A DNA stretch of 64,000 nucleotides from Pseudomonadota bacterium (GTDB taxonomy: Bacteria > Pseudomonadota > Gammaproteobacteria > Pseudomonadales > Pseudohongiellaceae): the NCBI GenBank assembly GCA_022566775.1, contig JADFIJ010000001.1:110-64109 (forward strand), in the 5' to 3' direction. The translations under genes and the position numbers were made by a program. This document shows, piece after piece, positions 36,701 to 50,606 of the stretch. The first letter of the stretch is position 1. Every line of letters starts with the position of its first letter. The notes beneath the pieces were generated by a model. That model was not told the DNA's origin, ran no database searches, and saw nothing but the letters and a program-made list of their open reading frames with translations.

Positions 36701-37872
36701 GAATTGTTGAAGGTGCAACCTTTGAGCGTTTGCAGCAAGCGCTGCTAGGTAAAGTTGTCGCCGGTGGACCGAAGCTGAAGAAGGGTCAAAAAATCACGGT
36801 GGACTATCTGGCCAAACTGCCGAAAGACGACTGGTTTAAGTTGCGCATGGCCAAGGATGGACTAAACAAGCAATTGGAAAGAGCCGAAGAGCAGCTTAGG
36901 GAAAGACAGATTGATCTGGACGAGCGCTTCGAAGACAAACGCAGGAAGCTCACCCAGGGCGACGACCTTGCCCCTGGGGTTCTAAAGATTGTTAAGGTTT
37001 ATCTGGCGATCAAGCGCCGTATCCAGCCGGGTGACAAGATGGCGGGTCGTCATGGTAACAAGGGTGTTATCTCGGTCATCATGCCGGTCGAAGATATGCC
37101 TTATGACGAGAAGGGCGAACCCATAGATATCGTGTTGAATCCGCTGGGTGTGCCATCACGTATGAATGTCGGTCAGGTTCTGGAGGTGCATCTGGGCGCG
37201 GCCGCCAAGGGTCTCGGCGATCGCATCGGCGAGCTCATCGATGCGAACAAGAAAGTTACGGAACTGAGAAGGCTGCTCAACGAGGTTTACAATAAAATTG
37301 GTGAGCAGCGCGAAGATATCAAGGGCCTCAGCGACGCAGAAATTGTCGAGTTGGCAGATAATCTTAGGGACGGCGTACCCATGGCTACGCCGGTCTTTGA
37401 TGGTGCCGCCGAATCCGAAATAAAAGACATGCTGGAACTGGCGGGCTTGGACGAAAGCGGTCAGATCACACTTTACGACGGTAGAACCGGTGAGGAATTT
37501 GATCGCCAGGTGACGGTGGGCATTATGTATATGCTGAAGTTGAATCACCTGGTTGATGACAAGATGCATGCGAGATCGACTGGCTCTTACAGCCTGGTTA
37601 CGCAACAGCCCCTCGGCGGTAAGGCGCAGTTCGGCGGCCAACGCTTCGGAGAGATGGAAGTCTGGGCGCTGGAAGCCTACGGTGCTGCCTATACGCTGCA
37701 GGAAATGCTAACCGTCAAGTCGGATGATGTGGCTGGACGCACCAAGATGTATAAAAACATCGTCGATGGTGACCATCGAATGGAACCGGGAATGCCGGAA
37801 TCATTTAACGTGCTAGTGAAGGAAATCAGGTCGCTCGCGATCGATATGGAACTGGATGTAAGTACCAAGTAG
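33784..37872 (+). CDS. rpoB: DNA-directed RNA polymerase subunit beta
   Basis: [17 protein letters not shown]... 1362 aa, canonical throughout. Confidence 0.98.
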   Translation: MAYSYTEKKRIRKNFGKLPSAMDIPYLLSIQVDSYRQFTQAATPVEERISQGLHAAFKSVFPIVSYSGKAVLEYVSYNLGKPTFDVKECQLRGSTYSVSLRVKVRLILYDKESTTQTIKDIKEQEVYMGEIPLMTESGTFVINGTERVVVSQLHRSPGVFFDHDRGKTHSSGKLLYSARVIPYRGSWLDFEFDPKDMVYVRIDRRRKLPATVLLHALGYSSQEILEIFYENNKFKISKAKEPVISLQLVPARLRGEVLSFPIKDKKGKQIVEEGRRITSRHIRQMETAKLTELKVSPDYLVGASLAIDIINKETGEVLFACNTELTEELVAEFIEQGVTEFQTIYTNDLDCGPFVSHTLRIDASTSKLEAMVEIYRMMRPGEPPTKESAENLFSNLFFSTERYDLSAVGRMKFNRRLGRPETEGAMVLSKEDIVDVLKTLVDIRNGFGSVDDIDHLGNRRIRSVGEMAENQFRVGLVRVERAVKERLSMADSEGLMPQDMINAKPVAAAIKEFFGSSQLSQFMDQNNPLSEVTHKRRVSALGPGGLTRERAGFEVRDVHPTHYGRLCPIETPEGPNIGLINSLATYARTNNYGFLESPYRKVIKNKVTDEIDYLSAIDESDFVIAQASAPLDKKGGFVDSLVIARYKGETTLKPREEVDYMDVAPQQMVSVAAALIPFLEHDDANRALMGSNMQRQAVPTLKTEKPLVGTGMERNVARDSGVCVVAFRGGVIESVDAARIIVRVFDEETDAGDAGVDIYNLTKYTRSNQNTCISQRPLVKEGDTISRGDILADGPSIDMGELALGQNMRIAFMPWNGYNFEDSILISERVVKEDRFTTIHIQELTCVARDTKLGSEEITADIPNVGEGALSKLDESGIVYIGAEVGAGDILVGKVTPKGETQLTPEEKLLRAIFGEKASDVKDTSLRVPTSVTGTIIDVQVFTRDGLEKDQRAMEIEKTQLAKVRKDIDDEYRIVEGATFERLQQALLGKVVAGGPKLKKGQKITVDYLAKLPKDDWFKLRMAKDGLNKQLERAEEQLRERQIDLDERFEDKRRKLTQGDDLAPGVLKIVKVYLAIKRRIQPGDKMAGRHGNKGVISVIMPVEDMPYDEKGEPIDIVLNPLGVPSRMNVGQVLEVHLGAAAKGLGDRIGELIDANKKVTELRRLLNEVYNKIGEQREDIKGLSDAEIVELADNLRDGVPMATPVFDGAAESEIKDMLELAGLDESGQITLYDGRTGEEFDRQVTVGIMYMLKLNHLVDDKMHARSTGSYSLVTQQPLGGKAQFGGQRFGEMEVWALEAYGAAYTLQEMLTVKSDDVAGRTKMYKNIVDGDHRMEPGMPESFNVLVKEIRSLAIDMELDVSTK

Positions 37873-37949
37873 TTCAATTCGCACTGGCTACGAAGAATTA
37901 GTGATTATTAAAGCCGTGCCGCGTAACAACGGCAGGTGGAGGATACAGA

Positions 37950-40900
37950 ATGAAAGACCTGTTAGGGTTGCTAAAATCTCAATCACCTTCCGATGAGTTT
38001 GATTCCATTCGCATAGGATTGGCCTCGCCGGAGATGATCAGAGCCTGGTCATTTGGTGAGGTGAAGAAACCGGAAACAATTAACTACCGTACGTTCAAGC
38101 CAGAGCGTGATGGATTGTTCTGCGCCAAGATCTTTGGCCCGGTTAAGGATTACGAATGTCTTTGCGGTAAATATAAACGCCTGAAGCATCGCGGTGTAAT
38201 TTGCGAAAAGTGTGGCGTCGAAGTCGCTCTTTCGAAAGTTCGTCGCGACCGCATGGGGCATATTGAACTGGCCAGCCCGGTCGCCCACATCTGGTTCCTT
38301 AAATCCCTGCCTTCCCGCATCGGTTTGTTGCTTGATATGACGCTGCGTGACATCGAACGGATTCTCTATTTCGAGTCCTTCGTTGTCACCGATCCGGGTA
38401 TGACCACGCTGGAAAAGGGTCAGTTGCTTAACGATGAGCAGTATTATGAAGCGATGGAAGAATTCAGCGATGAATTCGAGGCCAAAATGGGTGCGGAAGC
38501 AGTTCAGGCCTTGATGAAAGATATGGACGTCGAAGCCGAAGTGGTGCATCTGCGTGAAGAGATTCCTGCTACTAATTCTGAAACCAAGCTGAAGAAGCTT
38601 TCCAAGCGCCTGAAGCTGCTGGAAGCGTTCCTGAAATCCGGCAACAAGCCGCAGTGGATGGTGATGACCGTGTTGCCAGTGCTGCCCCCCGATTTGCGCC
38701 CCCTGGTTCCTCTCGATGGTGGCCGTTTTGCCACCTCGGATCTGAACGATCTGTATCGGCGGGTAATTAACAGAAACAATCGTCTGAAGCGTCTTCTCGA
38801 TCTTAACGCGCCGGACATTATTGTTCGAAATGAGAAGCGAATGTTGCAGGAAGCCGTCGACGCCCTGCTTGACAACGGCCGTCGTGGTCGTGCCATAACT
38901 GGGTCCAACAAACGACCTCTGAAGTCTCTTGCCGATATGATCAAAGGCAAGCAGGGTCGATTCCGTCAGAACCTGCTCGGCAAACGCGTAGACTATTCTG
39001 GTCGATCGGTCATCGTGGTGGGCCCAACTTTGAAACTGCACCAATGCGGTCTGCCCAAGAAGATGGCCTTGGAATTATTCAAGCCTTTCATCTTTGGCAA
39101 GCTGGAACGCCGTGGTCTTGCTACGACGATTAAGGCTGCCAAGAAAATGGTGGAGCGAGAAACCGCAGAGGTGTGGGATATCCTCGCCGACGTAATTCGC
39201 GAACATCCGGTGCTGCTGAACCGTGCGCCTACACTGCACAGACTGGGTATTCAGGCTTTCGAGCCAGTCCTGATTGAAGGCAAGGCTATTCAATTGCACC
39301 CCCTGGTGTGTGCGGCCTATAACGCCGACTTCGACGGCGATCAGATGGCGGTTCACATACCTCTGACGCTGGAGGCGCAATTGGAAGCTCGTACCCTGAT
39401 GATGTCTACCAACAATATACTGGCACCGGCCAATGGTGAGCCCATCATCGTGCCATCCCAGGACGTCGTGCTTGGTCTCTATTACATGACCCGTTCACGA
39501 GTGAACGCGAAGGGCGAAGACATGGTGTTTGCGGACCCGAAGGAAGTGCAACGTGCCTATGAAACCGGCCATGCCCATTTACAGGCCCGTATCAAGGTTC
39601 GTATCACTGACATATACATTAATGATGATGATGAGAAAGTCACCGAGACCGCAATTCTCGATACTACAGTGGGTCGCGTGTTGTTATTCGATATTGTGCC
39701 AGAGGGTTTATCATTCTCGATGGTAAATCAGAAGATGACCAAGAAGGCCATCTCACAAATCCTTAATGCCTGTTACCGTAAAGTTGGTCTGAAGGAAACT
39801 GTAATTTTTGCAGATCAACTCATGTACACAGGCTATAAATACTCCACTCGCTCCGGTTCATCCATCGGTGTGAATGACTTCGTTATTCCGGATGATAAGG
39901 CATCGATTATCGATAAGGCCAACGCTGAAGTTGAAGAAATCGAAACCCAGTTTGCTTCGGGTCTGGTCACCCAGGGAGAGAAGTACAACAAGGTTATCGA
40001 TATCTGGTCTAGAGCCAATGATGTCGTCGCCAAATCCATGATGGAAGGCCTGTCCACCGAACCTGTGATTAACAAGGAAGGCAAGGAAGAGCAGCAGGAA
40101 TCATTTAATTCAGTTTACATGTATGCGGATTCGGGTGCCAGAGGCTCCCCCGCCCAGATCAGGCAGCTGGCAGGTATGCGTGGCCTGATGGCTCGCCCCG
40201 ATGGCTCGATCATCGAGACCCCGATCACGGCGAACTTCCGCGAAGGACTGAGTGTGTCGCAGTACTTCACTTCCACCCACGGTGCTCGAAAGGGACTGGC
40301 GGATACCGCCCTGAAGACGGCTAACTCCGGTTATCTCACCAGACGCCTGGTGGATATTGCACAGGATCTGGTCATAACTGAAGTCGATTGTGAGACTAGA
40401 AACGGCTTGACCATGACCCCGATTATCGAAGGCGGCGACATCATTGCGCCCTTGGGTGAACGCGTTCTGGGCAGGGTGTTGGCTGCCGATGCGGTAGACG
40501 AATCTTCTGGTGAAGTTATCATCGAGGCTGGCACCGTGATCAACGAACGCATGGTGGACAAACTCGAAACCTGTGGCGTCGACGAGGTCTACGTGCGTTC
40601 GCCAATCACATGTGAAACACGATTCGGTATTTGTAGCCACTGTTATGGTCGTGACTTGGCCCGCGGCCATGTTGTCAACGTCGGTGAGGCGGTGGGTGTA
40701 ATTGCCGCCCAGTCTATCGGTGAGCCCGGCACCCAGTTAACCATGCGTACTTTCCATATTGGCGGGGCGGCATCCAGAGCTACCGCGGCCGACAGCGTGC
40801 AGGTCAAGAACACCGGTACCATCCACCTCAGCAACATGAAAACCGTAGAGAACATCAAGGGTGAGCTGGTGGTAGTTTCCCGATCCGGGGTATTGATTGT

Positions 40901-42179
40901 GAACGATACCAATGGCCGCGAGCGTGAGCGTTATAAGTTGCCATACGGGGCACTGATTACCGTGGGCAAGAAAGTCCAAGTGGAAGCGGGACAGGTGGTT
41001 GCAACCTGGGATCCCCACACCCACCCAATCGTGTCGGAGGTGGCAGGCAAGATTGCCTTCGCCGCTATGGAAGAGGGCATAACGGTCCGCGAGCAAACCG
41101 ACGAGATTACCGGACTCTCCAGCATATCGATTATCGACCCGGCGGAACGTGCCGCATCGGCGAAGGAATTACGTCCGGCGGTAACGGTAGTTGACAAGAA
41201 GGGCAAGGAAGTTTGTCTACCGGGTACCACAGTCCCAGCACATTACTTCTTGCCAGCCAATGCCATCATCAGCCTCAAAGACGGCACCGCCATGAATATT
41301 GGTGATGTAATCGCAAGGATTCCCCAGGAAGGGTCGAAGACTCGTGACATCACCGGGGGTCTGCCGAGGGTTGCGGACCTGTTCGAAGCGCGCAAGCCCA
41401 AAGAACCGGCCATTCTTGCTGAGATATCCGGCACCGTGAGTTTTGGCAAGGAAACCAAGGGGAAACGCCGCCTGGTGATTACTCCGATAGACGGCGTAAA
41501 CCCCATAGATGGATCGGATCACTATGAAGTCCTGATTCCAAAATGGCGCATAATGACCGTGTTCGAAGGTGAACATATAGAAAAGGGGGAGGTGGTTTCG
41601 GAAGGCCCCCCCACGCCTCACGATATCCTGCGGCTGAAAGGGGTTGAGCCTCTCGCCCAGTACATCGTCAATGAAGTTCAGGATGTGTATCGATTGCAGG
41701 GTGTGCGAATCAATGACAAGCACATCGAAGTTATTGTGCGCCAGATGTTGCGGAAGGTGGAAATCACCAAGCCTGGCGATTCTAAGCTGATCAAGGGGGA
41801 GCAGGTTACTTATACCCATATCCTGGAAGTGAATGACGATTTGCGTAAGGAAGACAAGCTCGAAGCGGGATTCGAACGCATGCTGCTGGGCATTACCAAG
41901 GCATCACTGGCTACCGAATCCTTTATCTCTGCGGCATCGTTCCAGGAGACCACCCGTGTGCTTACCGAAGCTGCGGTCACTGGTAAACGCGATTTCCTCC
42001 GTGGCTTGAAGGAAAACGTGGTGGTGGGAAGGCTGATTCCGGCCGGCACCGGTCTGGCATACCACGAAGCCCGCAGGAAGGCTAACCTCGACAGACTGGC
42101 CGAACGCGAGACGGTTAGCGCCAGCGACGTCGAGGCAGCCCTGAGCGAGGCGTTGAAATCGGAAGAGGCCGTAAGCTGA
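37950..42179 (+). CDS. rpoC: DNA-directed RNA polymerase subunit beta'
   Basis: [11 protein letters not shown]...[12 protein letters not shown]... 1409 aa. Confidence 0.98.
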   Translation: MKDLLGLLKSQSPSDEFDSIRIGLASPEMIRAWSFGEVKKPETINYRTFKPERDGLFCAKIFGPVKDYECLCGKYKRLKHRGVICEKCGVEVALSKVRRDRMGHIELASPVAHIWFLKSLPSRIGLLLDMTLRDIERILYFESFVVTDPGMTTLEKGQLLNDEQYYEAMEEFSDEFEAKMGAEAVQALMKDMDVEAEVVHLREEIPATNSETKLKKLSKRLKLLEAFLKSGNKPQWMVMTVLPVLPPDLRPLVPLDGGRFATSDLNDLYRRVINRNNRLKRLLDLNAPDIIVRNEKRMLQEAVDALLDNGRRGRAITGSNKRPLKSLADMIKGKQGRFRQNLLGKRVDYSGRSVIVVGPTLKLHQCGLPKKMALELFKPFIFGKLERRGLATTIKAAKKMVERETAEVWDILADVIREHPVLLNRAPTLHRLGIQAFEPVLIEGKAIQLHPLVCAAYNADFDGDQMAVHIPLTLEAQLEARTLMMSTNNILAPANGEPIIVPSQDVVLGLYYMTRSRVNAKGEDMVFADPKEVQRAYETGHAHLQARIKVRITDIYINDDDEKVTETAILDTTVGRVLLFDIVPEGLSFSMVNQKMTKKAISQILNACYRKVGLKETVIFADQLMYTGYKYSTRSGSSIGVNDFVIPDDKASIIDKANAEVEEIETQFASGLVTQGEKYNKVIDIWSRANDVVAKSMMEGLSTEPVINKEGKEEQQESFNSVYMYADSGARGSPAQIRQLAGMRGLMARPDGSIIETPITANFREGLSVSQYFTSTHGARKGLADTALKTANSGYLTRRLVDIAQDLVITEVDCETRNGLTMTPIIEGGDIIAPLGERVLGRVLAADAVDESSGEVIIEAGTVINERMVDKLETCGVDEVYVRSPITCETRFGICSHCYGRDLARGHVVNVGEAVGVIAAQSIGEPGTQLTMRTFHIGGAASRATAADSVQVKNTGTIHLSNMKTVENIKGELVVVSRSGVLIVNDTNGRERERYKLPYGALITVGKKVQVEAGQVVATWDPHTHPIVSEVAGKIAFAAMEEGITVREQTDEITGLSSISIIDPAERAASAKELRPAVTVVDKKGKEVCLPGTTVPAHYFLPANAIISLKDGTAMNIGDVIARIPQEGSKTRDITGGLPRVADLFEARKPKEPAILAEISGTVSFGKETKGKRRLVITPIDGVNPIDGSDHYEVLIPKWRIMTVFEGEHIEKGEVVSEGPPTPHDILRLKGVEPLAQYIVNEVQDVYRLQGVRINDKHIEVIVRQMLRKVEITKPGDSKLIKGEQVTYTHILEVNDDLRKEDKLEAGFERMLLGITKASLATESFISAASFQETTRVLTEAAVTGKRDFLRGLKENVVVGRLIPAGTGLAYHEARRKANLDRLAERETVSASDVEAALSEALKSEEAVS

Positions 42180-42190
42180 CCTTGACTACG

Positions 42191-42224
42191 GGATGCGGGA
42201 TCATTAAACTCTCGCATCCTTTTT
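42191..42224 (+). terminator. Intrinsic terminator after rpoC
   Basis: Stem ggatgcg.../...cgcatcc followed by TTTTT. Confidence 0.6.
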
Positions 42225-42294
42225 AGTGATCACGTTATATGGCTCTCGAAAAGGCCGAACGTCGACACAGCTAATAGGATTAGATGGAGTACAA

Positions 42295-42666
42295 ATGACA
42301 ACAATTAACCAGCTGGTACGCAAGCCCAGACGCCGCAAGGTAGTTAAGAGCGGCGTGCCTGCTCTGCAAGGCTCACCACAGAAGCGGGGCGTGTGTACGC
42401 GGGTTTATACAACCACACCCAAGAAGCCTAACTCGGCGCTGAGAAAGGTATGTCGTGTGCGTCTGGTTAACGGCTTCGAAGTGACTTCATACATCGGTGG
42501 TGAAGGCCACAATCTGCAGGAACACTCCGTGGTTCTGATCAGAGGCGGTCGGGTAAAAGACTTGCCCGGCGTACGCTATCACACGGTTCGTGGAACCCTG
42601 GATACATCCGGGGTAGCGGATCGACGCCAGGGCCGTTCCAAGTACGGTACCAAGCGCCCCAAGTAA
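42295..42666 (+). CDS. rpsL: 30S ribosomal protein S12
   Basis: The internal ATG of ORF 42226.. gives [48 protein letters not shown]. Confidence 0.95.
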   Translation: MTTINQLVRKPRRRKVVKSGVPALQGSPQKRGVCTRVYTTTPKKPNSALRKVCRVRLVNGFEVTSYIGGEGHNLQEHSVVLIRGGRVKDLPGVRYHTVRGTLDTSGVADRRQGRSKYGTKRPK

Positions 42667-42913
42667 GCGGCTTCCTGCGGTAATGATTGCACCCTTACCA
42701 GGGCAGGTTACGCAGAGAGTTTGAATAATTAGTCAGAGGCTCCTTAAGCCCATATGATTTAGAGTCATGGCAGTAAATTTTGCTGCCACCACAAGCGTAA
42801 GGACGCGCGGCTCATCGAGACTCTTTTAAAAACCGATGAGAGAGAGTAAGGCCAGGTACTTGACGTTCATTTTTAATAAAAATGCGCTTGCAGGGAGTCC
42901 TGGATTAACCTGA

Positions 42914-43402
<489 letters not shown>

Positions 43403-43472
43403 GTAAGGCGTTTTTAACCAAAGCGTTTCCGAGTGAAGCGTTAATACTAGATTACATTTTGAGGGCATAGCT

Positions 43473-45563
43473 GTGGCCAGAAAACACCCATTAGATCACT
43501 ATCGCAATATAGGAATTGTAGCCCACGTCGATGCGGGCAAGACAACGACTACGGAGCGCATACTGTTTTATACTGGCATTTCACACAAGATTGGTGAAGT
43601 CCATGATGGTGCCGCGACCATGGACTGGATGGAGCAGGAGCAGGAACGTGGCATTACCATTACCTCGGCTGCGACTACTTGTTTCTGGAATGGCATGGAC
43701 AAGCAGTACGAGGAGCATCGAATCAACATTATTGATACGCCGGGACACGTGGACTTTACTATTGAGGTCGAACGTTCATTGCGTGTTCTCGATGGTGCGG
43801 TAGTGGTCTTATGTGGCACTTCAGGGGTGCAGCCGCAGACAGAAACTGTGTGGCGTCAGGCAAATCGCTACGAAGTGCCGCGCATAGTTTTCGTTAACAA
43901 GATGGATCGTGCTGGTGCAGATTTTCTGATGGTGGTTGAGCAGATGAAAGATCGCCTGGGCGCCAATCCCATACCAATCCAATTGCCAATCGGTGCGGAA
44001 GAGAACTTCAAGGGCGTGATCGACCTGGTGAAGATGAAAGCTATCCGCTGGAGTGAAGATGACCTGGGCGCAACATTCAGCTATGAGGATGTCCCTGAAG
44101 ATATGCTGGCTATAGTCGAGGAGTGGCGAGAAAATTTGGTGGAAGCTGCGGCTGAAGCCAATGATGATTTAACGGAAAAATACCTGGAAACTGGAGGACT
44201 CACCGAAGCTGAGATCATGCAAGGCATTCGTGAGCGGACATTGGCAAGCGAAATCGTACCGACTCTGTGTGGATCGGCATTCAAAAACAAGGGTGTTCAG
44301 GCCTTGCTCGACGCCGTAATCGACTACATGCCGTCGCCAACAGAGGTCAAGGCGATTGAAGGCGTACTGGAAGATGGTACGCCGACCACCTGCATAGCCG
44401 ATGATGATGAGCCCTTTGCAGCACTGGCATTTAAAATTGCCACCGATCCCTTCGTCGGCACGCTCACGTTTTTCCGCGTCTACTCAGGCACACTGAATTC
44501 CGGTGATTCGGTTTATAACCCGATCAAATTCAAGAAAGAGCGAGTGGGTCGAATGGTGCAGATGCACGCCAACTCAAGAGAAGAAATTAAGCAAGTGCTG
44601 GCGGGAGATATCGCTGCTGCGATTGGTCTGAAAGATGTCACTACGGGTGAAACACTGTGCGCGCTCGATCATATTGTCACGCTGGAGAAGATGGATTTTC
44701 CAGAGCCGGTAATATCCGTAGCGGTTGAGCCGAAGAGTAAAGCGGATCAGGAAAAGATGGGTGTCGCCCTGGGCAAGCTGGCGCAGGAAGATCCTTCCTT
44801 CCGGGTTGAAACCGACGAAGAATCCGGGCAAACAATTATTTCTGGCATGGGCGAGTTACATCTTGATGTCCTGGTGGACAGAATGCGCAGAGAGTTTTCG
44901 GTAGAAGCCAATATAGGCAAACCCCAGGTAGCCTATCGGGAAACCATCAGGAAGACTGTGGAAATTGAAGGCAAACACATCAAGCAATCTGGTGGTCGTG
45001 GTCAATATGGTCATGTCTGGCTCCGACTCGAGCCGCTGGATCCGGATTCAGAATACGAATTTGTGAACGCGATTGTCGGCGGCACAATCCCCAAGGAATA
45101 TATTCCAGCGGTAGACAAAGGTATACAGGAGCAGATGAAGAATGGTTGTCTGGCTGGCTACCCGTTACTGGCGATGAAGGTAACTCTCTACGACGGTTCT
45201 TTTCACGATGTCGACTCCAGCGAAATGGCTTTCAAAATTGCCGGATCCATGGCGCTGAAGAAGGGAGCTCTGCAGGCAGATGCCGCCCTGCTTGAACCCA
45301 TGTTTAAAGTTGAGGTGGTGACTCCCGAAGATTACATGGGAGACGTGATGGGTGATTTAAACCGGCGTCGAGGTCTGGTTCAGGGCATGGAAGACAGCAG
45401 TATGGGAAAGGTGATCAGTGCCGAGGTGCCCCTGGCAGAAATGTTTGGCTATGCAACAGATCTACGGTCGGCAACCCAGGGCAGGGCAACTTTTACCATG
45501 GAGTTCGACAAGTATGCGATTGTGCCTAATAACATTGCGGAAGGCATTATTAACAAAAGCTAA
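43473..45563 (+). CDS. fusA: Elongation factor G
   Basis: GTG start. [26 protein letters not shown]... Confidence 0.97.
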   Translation: MARKHPLDHYRNIGIVAHVDAGKTTTTERILFYTGISHKIGEVHDGAATMDWMEQEQERGITITSAATTCFWNGMDKQYEEHRINIIDTPGHVDFTIEVERSLRVLDGAVVVLCGTSGVQPQTETVWRQANRYEVPRIVFVNKMDRAGADFLMVVEQMKDRLGANPIPIQLPIGAEENFKGVIDLVKMKAIRWSEDDLGATFSYEDVPEDMLAIVEEWRENLVEAAAEANDDLTEKYLETGGLTEAEIMQGIRERTLASEIVPTLCGSAFKNKGVQALLDAVIDYMPSPTEVKAIEGVLEDGTPTTCIADDDEPFAALAFKIATDPFVGTLTFFRVYSGTLNSGDSVYNPIKFKKERVGRMVQMHANSREEIKQVLAGDIAAAIGLKDVTTGETLCALDHIVTLEKMDFPEPVISVAVEPKSKADQEKMGVALGKLAQEDPSFRVETDEESGQTIISGMGELHLDVLVDRMRREFSVEANIGKPQVAYRETIRKTVEIEGKHIKQSGGRGQYGHVWLRLEPLDPDSEYEFVNAIVGGTIPKEYIPAVDKGIQEQMKNGCLAGYPLLAMKVTLYDGSFHDVDSSEMAFKIAGSMALKKGALQADAALLEPMFKVEVVTPEDYMGDVMGDLNRRRGLVQGMEDSSMGKVISAEVPLAEMFGYATDLRSATQGRATFTMEFDKYAIVPNNIAEGIINKS

Positions 45564-45595
45564 GCGCGCTTTTTAGATTTGAGTGAGGTGGTATT

Positions 45596-46786
45596 GTGGC
45601 GAAGGAAAAATTTGAGAGGAATAAGACCCACGTAAACGTGGGTACGATTGGTCACGTTGACCATGGCAAGACGACGTTGACGGCTGCGTTGACGCGGGTG
45701 TGTGCGGCAGCCTATGGCGGCGAAGTTAAGGATTTCGACCAGATAGATAATGCGCCGGAAGAAAGAGAGCGCGGCATCACCATTGCGACGTCCCATGTCG
45801 AGTATGATTCCAGTGTTCGTCACTACGCCCACGTCGACTGTCCGGGCCACGCGGACTATGTGAAGAACATGATCACCGGTGCGGCGCAGATGGACGGTGC
45901 GATCCTGGTGGTGTCGGCGGCGGACGGACCCATGCCCCAGACCCGGGAGCACATTCTGCTTGCCCGCCAGGTTGGCGTTCCCTACATCATCGTGTACATG
46001 AACAAGGCGGACATGGTTGACGATGACGAACTGCTGGAACTGGTGGAGATGGAAATCCGGGAGTTACTGGATATTTACGAATTTCCCGGCGACGACACCC
46101 CGATCATCATCGGCTCTGCACTGAAGGCGCTGGAAGGCGATGAATCCGAGATTGGCATTCCCTCGGTCCAGAAGCTGGTGGAAGCGCTGGACACCTATAT
46201 TCCCGATCCGAAGCGAGACATCGAGAAGCCATTCCTGATGCCGATCGAAGACGTGTTTTCCATCTCCGGACGCGGCACTGTGGTGACGGGTCGTATCGAG
46301 CGGGGCATAGTCAAGGTGGGTGAAGAGATAGAGATCATTGGCATCAAGGATACCGAGAAGACGACCTGTACGGGCGTCGAGATGTTCCGCAAGTTGCTGG
46401 ACGAGGGTCGGGCGGGAGAGAACGTCGGCGTTCTGTTGCGTGGTACCAAGCGTGAGGAGGTTGAACGTGGGCAGGTGCTGGCGAAGCCGGGATCGATCAA
46501 GCCCCACACGAAGTTTGAGGCGGAAGTGTATATCCTGGGCAAGGATGAAGGTGGTCGTCATACCCCGTTTTTCAAGGGCTACCGGCCGCAGTTTTACTTT
46601 CGGACTACGGATGTGACGGGATCCTGCGAATTGCCTGAGGGTGTTGAGATGGTGATGCCGGGAGACAACGTGAAGATGGAAGTGAGCCTGATTGCACCGA
46701 TCGCGATGGATGAGGGCCTGCGTTTTGCGATACGCGAGGGTGGCCGTACCGTAGGTGCGGGCGTCGTCGCTAAAATCATCGAATAG
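45596..46786 (+). CDS. tufA: Elongation factor Tu (str-operon copy)
   Basis: GTG start. The protein is identical to the 28591 copy except for one V-to-I change (DDTPVIIG versus DDTPIIIG). Confidence 0.97.
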   Translation: MAKEKFERNKTHVNVGTIGHVDHGKTTLTAALTRVCAAAYGGEVKDFDQIDNAPEERERGITIATSHVEYDSSVRHYAHVDCPGHADYVKNMITGAAQMDGAILVVSAADGPMPQTREHILLARQVGVPYIIVYMNKADMVDDDELLELVEMEIRELLDIYEFPGDDTPIIIGSALKALEGDESEIGIPSVQKLVEALDTYIPDPKRDIEKPFLMPIEDVFSISGRGTVVTGRIERGIVKVGEEIEIIGIKDTEKTTCTGVEMFRKLLDEGRAGENVGVLLRGTKREEVERGQVLAKPGSIKPHTKFEAEVYILGKDEGGRHTPFFKGYRPQFYFRTTDVTGSCELPEGVEMVMPGDNVKMEVSLIAPIAMDEGLRFAIREGGRTVGAGVVAKIIE

Positions 46787-46807
46787 GCTAGCGAATAGTT
46801 TATCAGG

Positions 46808-46842
46808 GACCAGCATGCTGCAAGCTATGCTGGTCTTTTTTT
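46808..46842 (+). terminator. Intrinsic terminator after tufA
   Basis: Stem gaccagcat/atgctggtc followed by a 7-T run. Confidence 0.75.
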
Positions 46843-46956
46843 CAGTCGATTTGCAACTTCGCATCGCTGCACCGGAACCGCCAGAGTCAGGATTTGGGGG
46901 GGCATTTGGCAACCGGCGGAAAGTCGCGGAAAAAGGGGCTTTCAGGCCGTATTTGC

Positions 46957-46985
46957 TTGACAGATTAGGGCCAAAACCTTAAGAT
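46957..46985 (+). promoter_or_regulatory. Candidate sigma70 promoter of the S10 operon
   Basis: TTGACA, a 17-nt spacer, then TAAGAT, about 90 nt upstream of rpsJ. Confidence 0.5.
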
Positions 46986-47074
46986 TCGCATCCTTTTTGG
47001 CGTTTGAAAACTGGACGTCAAAAATATTGGAAGTAACTGGTTAATTTTAAAGAGTTTTTTGGAGTTTTAAGTAG

Positions 47075-47386
47075 ATGCAAAGTCAGCGTATCAGAATCCG
47101 GCTCAAAGCCTTCGATCATCGACTGATTGATCAATCTACCCAGGAAATCGTTGATACTGCCAGGCGCACCGGAGCCCAGGTGAAGGGACCTATTCCGCTG
47201 CCAACGAATAAGGAAAGATTTACGATATTGATCTCTCCACACGTCAACAAAGACGCGAGAGACCAGTACGAGATTCGCACCCACAAGCGCTTGCTGGACA
47301 TTGTCGAACCGACCGAGAAGACGGTCGATGCGCTGATGAAGCTGGATTTGGCAGCAGGCGTGGAAGTACAAATTAGTCTTGGTTAA
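47075..47386 (+). CDS. rpsJ: 30S ribosomal protein S10
   Basis: [21 protein letters not shown]... Confidence 0.97.
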   Translation: MQSQRIRIRLKAFDHRLIDQSTQEIVDTARRTGAQVKGPIPLPTNKERFTILISPHVNKDARDQYEIRTHKRLLDIVEPTEKTVDALMKLDLAAGVEVQISLG

Positions 47387-47404
47387 GAAGTAGATTTGAT
47401 ACCA

Positions 47405-47440
47405 GGCAAAGGAGCATTCAGTCCTCTTTGCCCTTTTTTT
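47405..47440 (+). terminator. Terminator/attenuator-like hairpin inside the S10 operon (between rpsJ and rplC)
   Basis: Stem ggcaaag(gag)/(cct)ctttgcc followed by C and 7 T. It sits in an unusually long 166-bp rpsJ-rplC spacer. Confidence 0.45.
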
Positions 47441-47552
47441 ACGAAAAGTTTTGGCGCACTGATATTCATTGTTACCCGACAGCGGTAACACATAGTGTAA
47501 CGCGTCAGCGGCCATAGCGGGTTTTAGCCCCCTGCACGATGAGGTTTTTACA

Positions 47553-48197
47553 ATGTCGATTGGATTAGTCGGTCGGAAAAGCGGCATGACCCGCATTTTC
47601 ACTGAGGAAGGCGTGTCCATCCCTGTTTCAGTGGTGGAAGTGCAGCCCAACCGGGTTACCCAGGTTAAAACTCCAGAAACGGATGGCTATAGCGCCATTC
47701 AAGTCACTATGGGTAGCCGCCGTGCGTCTCGTGTGACCAAGTCAATGGCCGGTCATTTCGCCAAGGCCGAGACTGAAGCCGGCATCGGTCTGTGGGAGTT
47801 TCGCACCGAAGGGGTCGATACCGCCGAGATTACACTGGGTTCCGAGCTTAAGGTAGACCTTTTCAAAGAGGGTCAAATAGTGGATGTCACCGGCACTTCG
47901 AAAGGTAAGGGCTTTCAGGGCGTCGTCAAGCGTCACAATTTCCAGATGCAGGATGCCACTCATGGCAACTCGCTCTCCCATCGTGCACCCGGCTCGATTG
48001 GCCAGTGCCAGACCCCGGGTAAAGTCTGGAAGGGTAAGAAAATGGCTGGCCAGATGGGCAATGTCAGAAAGACTATCCAGAACTTGGAAGTAATCAGAGT
48101 CGATACAGAAAACAATCTTCTACTCATTAAGGGTGCAATACCTGGAGCACCCGGTTCAAACGTCATAGTCCGTCCTGCAATAAAGGTCAAGGGGTAA
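47553..48197 (+). CDS. rplC: 50S ribosomal protein L3
   Basis: [20 protein letters not shown]... Confidence 0.97.
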   Translation: MSIGLVGRKSGMTRIFTEEGVSIPVSVVEVQPNRVTQVKTPETDGYSAIQVTMGSRRASRVTKSMAGHFAKAETEAGIGLWEFRTEGVDTAEITLGSELKVDLFKEGQIVDVTGTSKGKGFQGVVKRHNFQMQDATHGNSLSHRAPGSIGQCQTPGKVWKGKKMAGQMGNVRKTIQNLEVIRVDTENNLLLIKGAIPGAPGSNVIVRPAIKVKG

Positions 48198-48200
48198 GCG

Positions 48201-48821
48201 ATGGAACTAAGTCTTGCGATGCCCGGCAAGAAAACGGGCAAGGAAAAAATCTCACTTTCGGATGAGTCTTTCGGTAAAGCTTACAACGAGCCTCTGGTAC
48301 ACCAGAGCGTTGTTACCTACATGGCTGGCGCCAGGCAGGGCTCCGTAAAGCAGAAAACACGCTCTGAAGTTCGCGGTGGTGGGCGTAAGCCATGGCGTCA
48401 AAAGGGTTCAGGTCGCGCTCGCGCAGGTACTACCAGCAGCCCTATCTGGCGCAGTGGTGGTGTAACTTTTGCTGCCAGACCTAGGGATCACAGCAAGAAA
48501 CTCAATAAGAAAATGTATCGTGGCGCCATGCAATGCATTCTGTCTGAGCTGATTCGCCAGGATAGACTGCTGGTAGTCAATGAATTTGCTGTCGAGACTA
48601 ACAAGACCAAGGCACTGGTTGCCAAATTGAAGGAATACGAGTTGGACAACGTTCTCATCGTTTCCGAGCAAGTTGAAAAAAACCTCTATCTCGCAGCAAG
48701 GAATCTCCATAAGGTCGATGTGCTTGATGTCGCCGGTATCGATCCCGTTAGCCTGATCGGTTTTGAGAAAGTATTGATGACGGTTTCTGCACTTAAAAAG
48801 GTAGAGGAGATGTTGTCATGA
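48201..48821 (+). CDS. rplD: 50S ribosomal protein L4
   Basis: Operon position and ...[19 protein letters not shown]... Confidence 0.95.
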   Translation: MELSLAMPGKKTGKEKISLSDESFGKAYNEPLVHQSVVTYMAGARQGSVKQKTRSEVRGGGRKPWRQKGSGRARAGTTSSPIWRSGGVTFAARPRDHSKKLNKKMYRGAMQCILSELIRQDRLLVVNEFAVETNKTKALVAKLKEYELDNVLIVSEQVEKNLYLAARNLHKVDVLDVAGIDPVSLIGFEKVLMTVSALKKVEEMLS

Positions 48822-49117
48822 ACGTAGAGCGACTCTACACAGTAATTCTCGGGCCACACGTGTCTGAAAAAACCACTCTCCTCGGTGAAGCCAATAATCA
48901 ATACGCTTTTAAGGTTGCTATCGACGCGCGCAAGCCAGAAATTAAGGAAGCGGTGGAGACACTTTTTAATGTAGTGGTCGCGGATTTACAGGTGCTTAAC
49001 GTGAAAGGGAAGACCAAGCGTAACGCGAAGGGAAAAATCAAGCGACGCTCTAATTGGAAAAAAGCCTACGTCAAGCTGGAAGCAGGTCACGAAATTGACT
49101 TTGCTGATATGGGGTAA
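48818..49117 (+). CDS. rplW: 50S ribosomal protein L23
   Basis: Operon position and ...[11 protein letters not shown]...FKV... Confidence 0.95.
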   Translation: MNVERLYTVILGPHVSEKTTLLGEANNQYAFKVAIDARKPEIKEAVETLFNVVVADLQVLNVKGKTKRNAKGKIKRRSNWKKAYVKLEAGHEIDFADMG

Positions 49118-49127
49118 GGGGTAAATC

Positions 49128-49958
49128 ATGCCAGTAGTTAAATGTAAACCTACTTCTCCGGGACGCCGCTTTGTGGTCAAGATCGTGCACCCGGATTTGC
49201 ACAAGGGCAAGCCCTACGCGCCGCTCACTGCTCCCAAACCAAAGACCGGTGGTAGAAATAACAGAGGCCGTATTACTACGCGTCACATCGGCGGCGGCCA
49301 CAAGCAGAGATATCGAATTATTGATTTCAAGCGCCGCAAAGACGGTATCGAAGCCAGGGTAGAACGACTGGAATACGATCCAAACCGGTCGGCAAATATT
49401 GCCCTGTTGTTGTATGCCGACGGTGAGCGCAAGTACATTATCGCGCCTGCCAAAGTCGCCGCCGGTGATGTCGTGATGTCCGGAGATGAGGCGGCCATCA
49501 AGGTAGGTAACTGCTTGCCTCTACGCAATATCCCATTGGGCAGCACAGTTCACTGTGTGGAAATGAAGCCAGGCAAGGGCGCTCAGATCGCTCGAAGTGC
49601 AGGCACCTCATTGCAACTGGTTGCCAGAGAGGGCAACTACGCTACATTGCGACTTCGTTCCGGTGAAATGCGCAAGGTGTTATCCGAATGCCGGGCCACG
49701 CTTGGCGAGGTCTCCAATTCGGAACACAATTTGAGATCGCTGGGAAAAGCCGGAGCGAAAAGGTGGAGAGGTGTCCGCCCAACCGTTCGCGGTGTTGCGA
49801 TGAATCCTGTCGACCATCCACATGGCGGCGGTGAAGGTAGAACATCTGGTGGTCGTCACCCGGTATCACCCTGGGGGACACCAACCAAGGGCTATAAAAC
49901 CAGATCCAATAAGCGAACAGATAGCATGATTGTTCGTCGTAGAAAATCAAGCCGTTAA
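49128..49958 (+). CDS. rplB: 50S ribosomal protein L2
   Basis: [18 protein letters not shown]...HPHGGGEGR... Confidence 0.97.
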   Translation: MPVVKCKPTSPGRRFVVKIVHPDLHKGKPYAPLTAPKPKTGGRNNRGRITTRHIGGGHKQRYRIIDFKRRKDGIEARVERLEYDPNRSANIALLLYADGERKYIIAPAKVAAGDVVMSGDEAAIKVGNCLPLRNIPLGSTVHCVEMKPGKGAQIARSAGTSLQLVAREGNYATLRLRSGEMRKVLSECRATLGEVSNSEHNLRSLGKAGAKRWRGVRPTVRGVAMNPVDHPHGGGEGRTSGGRHPVSPWGTPTKGYKTRSNKRTDSMIVRRRKSSR

Positions 49959-49982
49959 GGCGAGTGATAGAGGAAACGAAGC

Positions 49983-50255
49983 GTGCCACGTTCACTAAAA
50001 AAAGGACCATTCATCGATCTTCACCTGATGAAGAAAGTGCAGACTGCCGTTGAGAAAAACGACAAGCGGCCAATCAAGACCTGGTCCAGACGATCGATGG
50101 TTTCTCCGGAAATGATTGGTCTCACTATTGCGATTCACAATGGCCGCAAACATGTGCCGGTTTTCATAAACGAAAACATGGTTGGCCACAAGCTGGGTGA
50201 GTTTGCGGGAACACGAACCTATCGCGGTCACACTGCGGATAAAAAGGCGCGCTAG
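49983..50255 (+). CDS. rpsS: 30S ribosomal protein S19
   Basis: GTG start. [14 protein letters not shown]... Confidence 0.96.
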   Translation: MPRSLKKGPFIDLHLMKKVQTAVEKNDKRPIKTWSRRSMVSPEMIGLTIAIHNGRKHVPVFINENMVGHKLGEFAGTRTYRGHTADKKAR

Positions 50256-50264
50256 GGGGCTGAA

Positions 50265-50597
50265 ATGGAAGTTGTAGCAAGATTAAAGGGCGTTCGCCTG
50301 TCGGCACAGAAAGCGAGACTGGTCGCCGACCAGGTGCGTGGCAAGGATGTCGAGGAAGCGCTGGAGCTGCTGACTTACAGTCCCAAAAAGGGTGCGGTAA
50401 TCATCAAGAAGTTATTGAATTCTGCGATCGCAAATGCAGAACACAATGAAGGCGCTGATGTAGATGAATTGAAAATATCAACGATTTGTGTTGATGAAGG
50501 TACGACCATGAAACGCATAAAGCCCAGGGCGAAGGGTCGCGCTGATCGCATTCTCAAGCGCTCATGTCACATAACAATTACGGTCGCTGATAGCTAG
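50265..50597 (+). CDS. rplV: 50S ribosomal protein L22
   Basis: [26 protein letters not shown]... Confidence 0.96.
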   Translation: MEVVARLKGVRLSAQKARLVADQVRGKDVEEALELLTYSPKKGAVIIKKLLNSAIANAEHNEGADVDELKISTICVDEGTTMKRIKPRAKGRADRILKRSCHITITVADS

Positions 50598-50606
50598 GAG
50601 CATCGG

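Noticed and set aside
38049-39044. 331-aa minus-strand ORF (and similar ones at 46064-46912, 55855-56745, 47018-47650 and 50562-51176)
   Set aside because: These are shadow ORFs antisense to rpoC, tufA and ribosomal protein genes. The sense-strand products are unambiguous.
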